DNA from: a virus
Virus record (IMG/VR): IMGVR_UViG_3300045988_055181
Location: 1-47,470 of that record
Direction: 5' to 3' (one strand)
DNA: 47,470 nucleotides
The notes under the pieces were generated by a model that worked only from the letters and a program-made list of their open reading frames with translations, did no database searches and was not told the DNA's origin. Shown piece after piece: positions 34,610 through 41,233 of the stretch (positions are counted from its first letter, which is position 1; each line of letters starts with the position of its first letter). Both the position numbers and the translations under genes were made by a program.

Positions 34610-34887
34610 AAGTTCAGTTATTCTCCACGCCTTCCGCGTATCCCGCGTATTATCTCCGCTTGAAAGATGGCGTTTACGATCGAGTAAACGCATTCCCCGC
34701 TCCTTGTACCGCACCGGGAACGCCGATCGACCAGCGCTATGCACGCGCAATCGACAAAGACAGATATTTTCCGGTTATCACCTCATCGCATGACGGATAT
34801 ATCTTTTTCGGTCTGCCGGAAGGTGCCGAAGTTTACACCGCAGCCGAGGTGGCCGCCATTGACCGCCCGAACCGCGTCAAAGAATAA
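34606..34887 (+). CDS. hypothetical protein (93 aa)
   Basis: ATGA coupling. Last gene of the plus-strand island. Confidence 0.55.
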   Translation: MKVQLFSTPSAYPAYYLRLKDGVYDRVNAFPAPCTAPGTPIDQRYARAIDKDRYFPVITSSHDGYIFFGLPEGAEVYTAAEVAAIDRPNRVKE

Positions 34888-34904
34888 AATACCTTGTTTC
34901 TCTA

Positions 34905-34950
34905 TGACAAACCCCGCTCACCAAAGCCATAAGGTGAGCGGGGTTTGTCA
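34905..34950. terminator. 18-bp-stem hairpin TGACAAACCCCGCTCACC/GGTGAGCGGGGTTTGTCA
   Basis: Direct reading. Closes the plus-strand island and borders the ORF-free locus. Confidence 0.65.
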
Positions 34951-36033
34951 TTATACGACTGTTTCGGTTTTGCAGGACTCGCACCCGCTTTCAGCCACTA
35001 TGCAAACCGGTATACCTCCACAGGGAGGTATGAACGCTATCGTCGCGTCTGTACGTCGGGCTTTTACCGAGGCTTGCGCCGCTGTCCAGAACGGTTTGTA
35101 TGAAATCCAGAGAGGTAATAACCTCACTTTCGCAAGTTTACTTGTGTTCCGTCCTGTGTGATTAGGTATGCCTATCGCAAGAGATAAACAGGCTGGTGCT
35201 CTTTCGCGGCGTGTACTTAGCCGCCCGAAAGCGCCATATCGGCTTTGTTCGCGCCGGTTGTTTTGCTCTCGGCTCACTAAGTCCGTGTGAGTGCTTATCC
35301 GGGCAGCACTCGCCCTCTCATTATGGGCTGTTCGGCGTTGCTCTCCGTCGTGTCGCAGTTGCTATCGGTCTGTAATCCGGCTGATTCCCTCGTAAGGTTA
35401 CAGCGGGGAGCGACCCCGGTTGCGGCGTGCCTGCAAGCACCCGCTGAACTCTGCAAAGCCGTTGCAGCAGCTTCACAGGCGTTCGGAAACAGATTGTCCG
35501 TCTTTCCGGACCGCCAGAATATTATCGTCCTCGTTGGAGGCGTTGCGCTCCCTCTGCCTCATGCAGCTTCGGGAGCAGATCACCTTGCACGTTGTCCACC
35601 ATGCAAGGCTTGCCAAAAGTCCGCTACGTTACCCGTCCGGCTTCATGCAGCCATCCGGGCATGTTTGCGGTGTCTGTTGCCCGCAGACACCGCACTCCAT
35701 TCTCAATTTTTTAGCGTGAATGTTATTACTCCGTCACCCTCATGCAGGCTTCGGAGCATATCGGCGTGCCGCGCAAAAGACACGCCGAAAGAATAGAAAG
35801 GATAATCAATGCCTTCGTTCCGCGAAAGGCGTCTTGCTCCTCTGCCCTCATGCAGACTTTGGAGCAGGTCAGCGGCAGGTCTCCCCACCGCTTTAAGTAG
35901 GTATTTGGGGTTAAACAGAAAGGCTTGTCACCCGTCAGCCCTCACGCAGGCTTCCGGGCGTGTACCCGCCTTTCGGCGGGCTGAAAGCGGAGGAACGAAA
36001 CTCCGTGATTCCGCCCTTTAGGGCTTTTATCAC
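34951..36033 (-). ncRNA. candidate large structured ncRNA locus (strand tentative)
   Basis: About 1.1 kb without a credible ORF in an otherwise gap-free genome. At least 20 local hairpins, five covarying motif copies, and an extended -10 promoter at its minus-strand 5' edge. Confidence 0.45.
35537..35960 (-). repeat. five dispersed-tandem copies of a 30-32-nt hairpin motif with an apical UGCRUGAR loop
   Basis: Copies at 35537-35566, 35630-35661, 35728-35757, 35835-35866 and 35929-35960. Details are in the findings. Confidence 0.75.
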
Positions 36034-36039
36034 GATATC

Positions 36040-36069
36040 ATTATACCACCATTCTTTGTAGTATTGTGT
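36040..36069 (-). promoter_or_regulatory. extended -10 promoter TGgTATAAT (minus strand)
   Basis: The + strand reads ATTATACCA at 36040-36048. The -35 is weak. It lies just after the stop of the 36088 gene. Confidence 0.45.
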
Positions 36070-36087
36070 AGCCCGTTTTCCACAATG

Positions 36088-36360
36088 TTATGCACAGCCT
36101 GTGCGTATATGTTCTACTGCCCGTAATGCCCGTGCGTGCATCTTTCCGCGAACGTGCACTTCGTTGTAATTCATTCTCTCGGCGGTCTCTCTCCACGTTC
36201 TACCGTTCACGTAATGTTCGATCAGCAGCGCCCGCAGCGCCGCATCCTGTACCTTAGCCGTTGTGCTGATAATCTCGGCCTTAATCAGTGCAAGCCGTTC
36301 CTGCTCTCGCTGTATCTTCTCGGACAGGGCAAGATACGCATCCGCCTTGTTTGCGGTCAC
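36088..36360 (-). CDS. sigma-70 region-4-like phage transcriptional regulator (90 aa)
   Basis: Sequence ALLIEHYVNGRTWRETAERMNYNEVHVRGKMHARALRAVE. GTG start. Confidence 0.5.
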   Translation of the reverse strand: MTANKADAYLALSEKIQREQERLALIKAEIISTTAKVQDAALRALLIEHYVNGRTWRETAERMNYNEVHVRGKMHARALRAVEHIRTGCA

Positions 36361-36490
36361 GTCACCGCCGCCGCCCGGCGTGTCCTTGATCGTCGCTGTT
36401 GCGCTTGTCGCCCGCGTCCACGCCCTTACTCGTGCTTCTTCCAGTGCAGAGATTGATTTTTCAAGGTCAATCCCTCGTCTGAGCCATTCT

Positions 36491-36706
36491 TTAGTCGTCG
36501 TGCGCCACTACCTCCTCCGTACCGTGTTGTGTATATCGCCTACGACGGCTTATTCTCGCCGCCTTGCGGACGCAACCTACACCCGGTTCACATCCGCGCG
36601 ATTTCCCCGTGTCGATCAAATAATGACGCGCCCATAGCTTAGGGCCTTGGCTTGTACCCAGTACCCGCCAGTATGCGCACCCAGCGCATTCGCTTTTCTT
36701 TTTCAT
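36491..36706 (-). CDS. Cys-rich small protein (71 aa)
   Basis: Starts MKKKSECAGCAYWRVLG...HYLIDTGKSRGCEPGVGC. Confidence 0.55.
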   Translation of the reverse strand: MKKKSECAGCAYWRVLGTSQGPKLWARHYLIDTGKSRGCEPGVGCVRKAARISRRRRYTQHGTEEVVAHDD

Positions 36707-36972
36707 GCTAATGCTATTCCATTCTCCCGCAGTTCTTCAATCAGATCGTCGATTTTAACGTATTTTCGGGCGATACTGTCTGCGAGGTAGTTTGTTTCAT
36801 CCCATATCCGACGTAATCGGTCATAGTCGTACCCTTCTTTATCCCGTAGAACGCTAAACATAATTGCCCATGTAGACGCAACCGCCGTGTTCGTTGCGTC
36901 GCGTTTGGCTTTTTCTATGTCACCCTGCGTCGCCGGTATTCGGTATGGGTTGACTTTCTTTTTCTTCGCCAT
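36703..36972 (-). CDS. hypothetical protein (89 aa)
   Basis: GGAGG RBS. Starts MAKKKKVNPYRIPATQGDIEKAKRD... Confidence 0.55.
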   Translation of the reverse strand: MAKKKKVNPYRIPATQGDIEKAKRDATNTAVASTWAIMFSVLRDKEGYDYDRLRRIWDETNYLADSIARKYVKIDDLIEELRENGIALA

Positions 36973-37041
36973 TTCCGTACCTCCAATTTTCATACCGCCG
37001 CATCTCGTTCAGATACTGCCGCATCTCCGCGCTGTACCGTT

Positions 37042-37371
37042 TCACTTCTCGTACTCGGCTACGTTCTGGTTAATGACAATACTGCGCTTTTCTTTCTCAG
37101 CAATCCCCGCAAGCAGCCAGTTCACCTCGTCCTGCGCCATGTCGTCAACAGCTGACAACCAATCAGGTTCCATCCGCATTTTCGGGTTGATGTATCGCAT
37201 CAGCTTGTAATGCACGCGTAGTGTATATTCACATATCGCATAAAAAAGCCGCATCGTGTCTGCATCCTCTTGCGGTCTGCCGTGACAGTAAGCGTACTTG
37301 TGCGCGATCTTGATTGCATCCGCCGTCGTCAATCCCTCACAGGTGCTAAACGTGTACATATCTTTCTTCAT
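37042..37371 (-). CDS. hypothetical protein (109 aa)
   Basis: ORF track. ATGA coupling upstream. Confidence 0.55.
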   Translation of the reverse strand: MKKDMYTFSTCEGLTTADAIKIAHKYAYCHGRPQEDADTMRLFYAICEYTLRVHYKLMRYINPKMRMEPDWLSAVDDMAQDEVNWLLAGIAEKEKRSIVINQNVAEYEK

Positions 37372-37685
37372 TCTTTCTCATCCTCTCCGAGCATATCAAG
37401 GTACTTTCTCGCCATCGCCGCCACCTGAATTGCCTCGCAAGCCGCCGCTTCGGCGTACTGTTCAACGAGAGCCACATGCTGCGCCGTCTGGATACCATCA
37501 CGGATGCGGTGCCATAGCTGCTCCATTGCCATTTCGATACTGGTGCATTCTTCTTGCAGTTCCTCGGCTTCTTCCTGCATTACCGCCCACCCCTCATGCG
37601 GGCTATGGAACTGTGGGAACCGCTCATTTGCAGCTTCCAGTTCCTTTTCCACGAGCTTTTCAACATCTTCACTCACTGCGTTCAT
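37368..37685 (-). CDS. all-helical protein, possibly MazG-like NTP pyrophosphohydrolase (105 aa)
   Basis: Sequence FPQFHSPHEGWAVMQEEAEELQEE. Family assignment is weak. Confidence 0.35.
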   Translation of the reverse strand: MNAVSEDVEKLVEKELEAANERFPQFHSPHEGWAVMQEEAEELQEECTSIEMAMEQLWHRIRDGIQTAQHVALVEQYAEAAACEAIQVAAMARKYLDMLGEDEKE

Positions 37686-37845
37686 CGTTTTCCTCCTGCG
37701 TAAACGCCGCTCCGCAATTTGCGCAGAATCGCGGCTGTCGATACCTTTCGTTCATCGTCATCATCGTATCCGCACTGCAAGATATACACTTGTAAACCTC
37801 GGTGTACCATTCCTCCACGCCCATCTTGATGTACTTAGCCGTCAT
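37669..37845 (-). CDS. 58-aa zinc-ribbon protein
   Basis: AGGAGGA RBS. Sequence ...YKCISCSADT...RFCANCGAAF. Confidence 0.45.
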   Translation of the reverse strand: MTAKYIKMGVEEWYTEVYKCISCSADTMMTMNERYRQPRFCANCGAAFTQEENDERSE

Positions 37846-37961
37846 GCAAATCCTCCTAACGCTGCTCTAAGCAGCATAATCGCCAGTGCTGCTAACGTGC
37901 AGCCTGTAAATACCAACAACATTCCGATCAATACGCGGAACGCAATTTCTTCAAAATCCAC
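37842..37961 (-). CDS. 39-aa hydrophobic peptide (GTG start)
   Basis: GAGGTGA RBS. Sequence VDFEEIAFRVLIGMLLVFTGCTLAALAIMLL... ATGA coupling downstream. Confidence 0.3.
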   Translation of the reverse strand: MDFEEIAFRVLIGMLLVFTGCTLAALAIMLLRAALGGFA

Positions 37962-37970
37962 CGTATCACC

Positions 37971-38336
37971 TCAAACACAAATCATCGGCGGGTGCGGAAT
38001 CTCCGTATCTACCGGTCTCCACAGGTGCAGGCAGTACGGATGGTTATTGATGTACTCCGACTTAGGCGGGTGGAATTGCATAACGCGCTCGTCCTCGCCG
38101 AAAAACATATCCTTAATAGCGCACATCTCGTCCCACGTCGGGCAGCACTTGCGCTGTGCAGAGCCGGGCGAAACGCTGACGTGCTCCCATCCCATGCCGT
38201 TGCTTGCGATCACCCGGAACGACTTGCCGCCGACATACACCTTGAAAACACCGTTTCCGCTGTCGCCGGTGCATCCGTAAAACTCGCGTTCTCTGTCTTT
38301 CAGTCGGAACTTGTCCAGCTTGTGCAGGTCAATCAT
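37971..38336 (-). CDS. conserved phage protein of unknown function (121 aa)
   Basis: Sequence ...GMGWEHVSVSPG...PTWDEMCAIKDMFF...MQFHPPKSEYINNHPYCLHLW. Confidence 0.6.
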   Translation of the reverse strand: MIDLHKLDKFRLKDREREFYGCTGDSGNGVFKVYVGGKSFRVIASNGMGWEHVSVSPGSAQRKCCPTWDEMCAIKDMFFGEDERVMQFHPPKSEYINNHPYCLHLWRPVDTEIPHPPMICV

Positions 38337-38586
38337 ACAGGTTCACTCCTTCAATCTCCGCACGGATTTCCAACGTATACAGATAGTCAGACATGTGCTC
38401 ACGCTGTGCTTTTAGCAGCTCGATAGGGCATTTCAGCGTAAAATCAAGCGTGCCCGCCGCGTGCTTAACAAGTAGCCGATTCAGCTTTTCATAGCGTTCC
38501 TTCGTCTCGTGGTACTCGCGCTTCATGCGCTCCTGCCATGTGTCCGGCGTAACGCCCATCTGGGCGGCGATTTCAGCGATGGTCAT
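38329..38586 (-). CDS. hypothetical protein (85 aa)
   Basis: GAGGA RBS 8 nt before the ATG at 38586. Confidence 0.5.
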   Translation of the reverse strand: MTIAEIAAQMGVTPDTWQERMKREYHETKERYEKLNRLLVKHAAGTLDFTLKCPIELLKAQREHMSDYLYTLEIRAEIEGVNLYD

Positions 38587-38890
38587 TGTGGTAATCCTCA
38601 ATCACATCAATACCGTATTCAATCGCGCACTCGTTCTCGATACGGCAACCGCGATACTGTTCCCAGTCTTTCGCAAAATACGCCACATCAGCCGTTGACA
38701 GCAGTTCCAGCGACTTAGCCAGATACCAAAGCGGACGCGCGTCATGCGGTGCGCTCCGGAAGAACGAATCAATCACTTCCACCGGCTCACCAAGTTCACG
38801 CTCTGCGGATTCGATAGCTTTTGCGCGGACTGCGAGAATTTCTTCGTCCGTTCTGCCCTTCATAGGCTGAGAAATAAATAACTTTTTCAT
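38573..38890 (-). CDS. DUF4406 / nucleoside deoxyribosyltransferase-like protein (105 aa)
   Basis: Starts MKKLFISQPMKGRTDEEI...ADVAYFAKDWEQYRGCRIE. Confidence 0.45.
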   Translation of the reverse strand: MKKLFISQPMKGRTDEEILAVRAKAIESAERELGEPVEVIDSFFRSAPHDARPLWYLAKSLELLSTADVAYFAKDWEQYRGCRIENECAIEYGIDVIEDYHNDHR

Positions 38891-38982
38891 TTTTCTACCC
38901 TCTCATACGTTTTCTCGAAAATATCCGGCTTGCCCGTCCACCGGATAGCCTCAACCACAATAGGTTTCTTTCTGTACTTCAT
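38887..38982 (-). CDS. 31-aa peptide
   Basis: ATGA coupling at both ends. Sequence MKYRKKPIVVEAIRWTGKPDIFEKTYERVEK. Confidence 0.35.
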   Translation of the reverse strand: MKYRKKPIVVEAIRWTGKPDIFEKTYERVEK

Positions 38983-39548
38983 TCCGTTACTCCCTCACAT
39001 TCCGCCCCGCAAGCCGCATAGCCTGCAAGATCAATCCAACTGTCAGCCTTTCCGCCGCCTGCCGCAATACGCGCAATCTTGAGCAGCGCCATCATTACAG
39101 CAACGTCCTTTTCATCTACGATCGTATTTCCGTGTTTGCCTACGCTTATCCGGTCAAGGTATACGCTCCACAGCTCCGCAATCGCTTTGAAGTTATCCTC
39201 CGGCGTGCCGTAGTCCTGCTCGCGCTGTCCGCATACGCACTTCTCTGCCGCGTGCAGGATGTCCGCACGGGTCAGCTTGCGCTTCACGTCCTCGCTGTGC
39301 TTTGCGGCCGTCTCGGCAATGTCGGGCGTGTCGTCCTCGATTACCTCATAGCCCATGAGTTTTGCGTTCAGCCGTACGCGCCCCATATCTGCGTCCTCAT
39401 ATGCCCGTATCATACTCTGTCGCGCATTGCCCGCGAATGCTATTCCCCTCTTTTCGCCATTATAAAACATCTTGCGATCTCCGAGAAAAAATGCGTTCAC
39501 AGCGTCCTCGAAGCTCTCGTAAACCTTCCCGTCTTTCTTAAATTTCAT
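38979..39548 (-). CDS. hypothetical protein with a conserved C-terminal phage domain (189 aa)
   Basis: GGAGGG RBS. C-terminal ...CGQREQDYGTPEDNFKAIAELW...DVAVMMALLKIARI...DSWIDLAGYAACGAE. Confidence 0.55.
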   Translation of the reverse strand: MKFKKDGKVYESFEDAVNAFFLGDRKMFYNGEKRGIAFAGNARQSMIRAYEDADMGRVRLNAKLMGYEVIEDDTPDIAETAAKHSEDVKRKLTRADILHAAEKCVCGQREQDYGTPEDNFKAIAELWSVYLDRISVGKHGNTIVDEKDVAVMMALLKIARIAAGGGKADSWIDLAGYAACGAECEGVTE

Positions 39549-39792
39549 CGTCCGCCCTCCTGTTCCATGCTTCAACAGCTTCTTCGTATCTATCCCTGTT
39601 GGTAACAGGTGCTATATATTCTGCTCGTGAAATTACACTGTTCTGCCGAAAATAAATTCCGCATTTTTCACAACCGACACGACATTCGATGGTGAAAATA
39701 GGCATACTCACCATATACAGATAGTTCGCTTTGCGTTCACAAGAAGCGGATGCCTCTCCCCCGCAGAACGGACAAGATTTAAGTTCAATCAT
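39538..39792 (-). CDS. Lar-family restriction-alleviation-like protein (84 aa)
   Basis: CPFCGG near the N-terminus and EAVEAWNRRA near the C-terminus. Confidence 0.5.
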   Translation of the reverse strand: MIELKSCPFCGGEASASCERKANYLYMVSMPIFTIECRVGCEKCGIYFRQNSVISRAEYIAPVTNRDRYEEAVEAWNRRADDEI

Positions 39793-40069
39793 TGTCTGCA
39801 CCTCCGTCTATTTTTTGTTCCAATTCATCCTTGTTCTTTTCATAAAAGTCATTTAATACTTTTATGGCTTCGCAGAAATGTTCTTTGCAAAGATAAATAG
39901 TCGTATATCCGATAATTAAACAAATTTCACTGTCTTTGCAGTGAAACCCGCCATTCTCTATGCAACGCTGGCAACATCCCTTGGTAATATCAATATGCTT
40001 TGGCGACTCGGGAGGCTTGACTTCATGTGTCGGAATACCGAGAAATTTTCTAATCTTATTCCACATCAT
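39785..40069 (-). CDS. Cys-rich hypothetical protein (94 aa, AT-richer)
   Basis: ORF track. Confidence 0.5.
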   Translation of the reverse strand: MMWNKIRKFLGIPTHEVKPPESPKHIDITKGCCQRCIENGGFHCKDSEICLIIGYTTIYLCKEHFCEAIKVLNDFYEKNKDELEQKIDGGADND

Positions 40070-40205
40070 TTTCCTTCACCCTTCTTTCTTCCGCTTCTTT
40101 CAGCGCAAGAAACACCATCACATACACATGCCTCGAATACGCATTGTCAATGGGAATCAAAGGCGCTATAAAGTGCCAACAATCCATGTAAGTAATTTCA
40201 GCCAT
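40056..40205 (-). CDS. 49-aa hypothetical protein
   Basis: GGAGGA RBS. Starts MAEITYMDCWHFIAPLIPIDNAYSRHVYVMVFLAL... Confidence 0.4.
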   Translation of the reverse strand: MAEITYMDCWHFIAPLIPIDNAYSRHVYVMVFLALKEAEERRVKENDVE

Positions 40206-40265
40206 CGTTTTCCTCCTTGATCGTCACGAGTAGTTCAACCGCTCGGCCATCTTTTATTTTTCGGT

Positions 40266-40400
40266 TCACTCATCTCTCATCGCCCTTGCTACAAGCTCCT
40301 GCAGTAGCTCCATCGTGCTGTACTTACTCAAATCCGGCTTTTCGTCTTTCGGCTCGTCTACCAGCTCTGCGGACTTGCGCCGCAGCTCGTTAACCGTCAT
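40266..40400 (-). CDS. 44-aa acidic peptide
   Basis: GGAGGA RBS. Starts MTVNELRRKSAELVDEPKDEKPDLSKYS... Confidence 0.4.
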   Translation of the reverse strand: MTVNELRRKSAELVDEPKDEKPDLSKYSTMELLQELVARAMRDE

Positions 40401-41109
40401 CGCTTTCCTCCGGCATATCATCCATCTTAATGCGTTCCTTCGCCATTTCGATTGCAAGGCGGTATACCTTGGCGTGTGTGTTATCTCCGTGCGTTTTCTG
40501 TACTGCGGCGGCAAACTCGTCCAAATCTCCGAAAAAGCAACCTACAATTACTTTGATTTTTTTATCCCGGCAGGCGAAGAAAGTTGCCGTGTCATCGCGC
40601 GAACCAACATTGGAAATCCAGAAAATCGCACCGCGCTTGTAAACCCGTGCGTTGCCGGAAACCCGTGCGTCGCCGTAAACCCGTGCGTTGCCGTAAACCC
40701 GTGCGTTGCCGTAAACCCGTGCGATGCCGTAAACCCGTGCGTTGCCGAAAACCCATGCGTCGCCGCAAACCCATGCGTTGACGAAAACCCATGCGTCGCC
40801 GTAAACCCGTGCGTTGCCGGAAACCTGTGCGTCGTCGCAAACCTGTGCGTCGCCGTAAACACATGCGTTGCCGGAAACCTGTGCGTCGTCGCAAACCTGT
40901 GCGTCGCCGTAAACCTGTGCGTTGCCGGAAACCTGTGCGTTGCCGGAAACCCATGCGTTGCCGGAAGCATCAAGGTTTTCCTCTTTTTCAATCCATCCGC
41001 CCAGTTCCCCAGCTCCGACTTTCCCGAACGAAATCAACGCCCGAATGCGATGCAGGGTATTCCCTAAAATCGCTTTGGTTTCTCCGGTAAATTCAAACTT
41101 TTTATTCAT
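40390..41109 (-). CDS. hexapeptide-repeat (beta-solenoid/bactofilin-like) protein with a distinct C-terminal domain (239 aa)
   Basis: GGGAGG RBS. 18 consecutive G[ND]AxVx units, then ...ISNVGSRDDTATFFACRDKK... Confidence 0.7.
   Translation of the reverse strand: MNKKFEFTGETKAILGNTLHRIRALISFGKVGAGELGGWIEKEENLDASGNAWVSGNAQVSGNAQVYGDAQVCDDAQVSGNACVYGDAQVCDDAQVSGNARVYGDAWVFVNAWVCGDAWVFGNARVYGIARVYGNARVYGNARVYGDARVSGNARVYKRGAIFWISNVGSRDDTATFFACRDKKIKVIVGCFFGDLDEFAAAVQKTHGDNTHAKVYRLAIEMAKERIKMDDMPEESDDG
40637..40977. repeat. 18-bp tandem repeat array (about 18 units) inside the hexapeptide-repeat gene
   Basis: GTAAACCCGTGCGTTGCC and variants. All six frames are open here. Confidence 0.9.
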
Positions 41110-41233
41110 TGTTTTCCTCCCATTCTCCGCAACCGCTTTCCGCGTCCATAAAATCCGCCCCGTGCTCGCTGTCACCGTTGCAGCAGACACCGCAAAACGG
41201 TTCGTACCACTTGCAGGTTTTGCAGGTTTTCAT
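41102..41233 (-). CDS. 43-aa Cys-rich (zinc-finger-like) peptide
   Basis: GGGGAGGA RBS. Sequence MKTCKTCKWYEPFCGVCCNGDSEHG... ATGA coupling. Confidence 0.45.
   Translation of the reverse strand: MKTCKTCKWYEPFCGVCCNGDSEHGADFMDAESGCGEWEENNE

Noticed and set aside
35703-35888. 61-aa minus-strand ORF (and the + strand ORFs 35287-35796 and 35420-35719) as real genes or a repeat-protein gene (L-x-x-S-L-H-E-G motif, about 33-aa period suggestive of ANK/TPR-type repeats)
   Set aside because: There is no RBS and the ORF uses a GTG start. Only two of the five motif copies share a frame. Stop codons interrupt the others. The sequence between motifs does not fit ANK or TPR consensus. Base-pair covariation and perfect 7-10-bp hairpins argue for RNA structure rather than coding.
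35537-35960. CRISPR array, or mini-array / RNA anti-CRISPR made of CRISPR repeats
   Set aside because: The five repeat copies differ from each other at many positions and are conserved as a structure, not as sequence. The periods are 93-107 nt with 62-75-nt structured intervals, far from CRISPR repeat and spacer sizes. I do not recognise a known repeat family, and no cas genes are adjacent.
40548-41090. Arg/Lys-rich (RRRKPVR...) and THGF-repeat ORFs on both strands
   Set aside because: They are alternative-frame translations of the 18-bp tandem repeat. Only the G[ND]AxVx frame has an RBS, a non-repetitive N- and C-terminus, and coupling to its neighbours.
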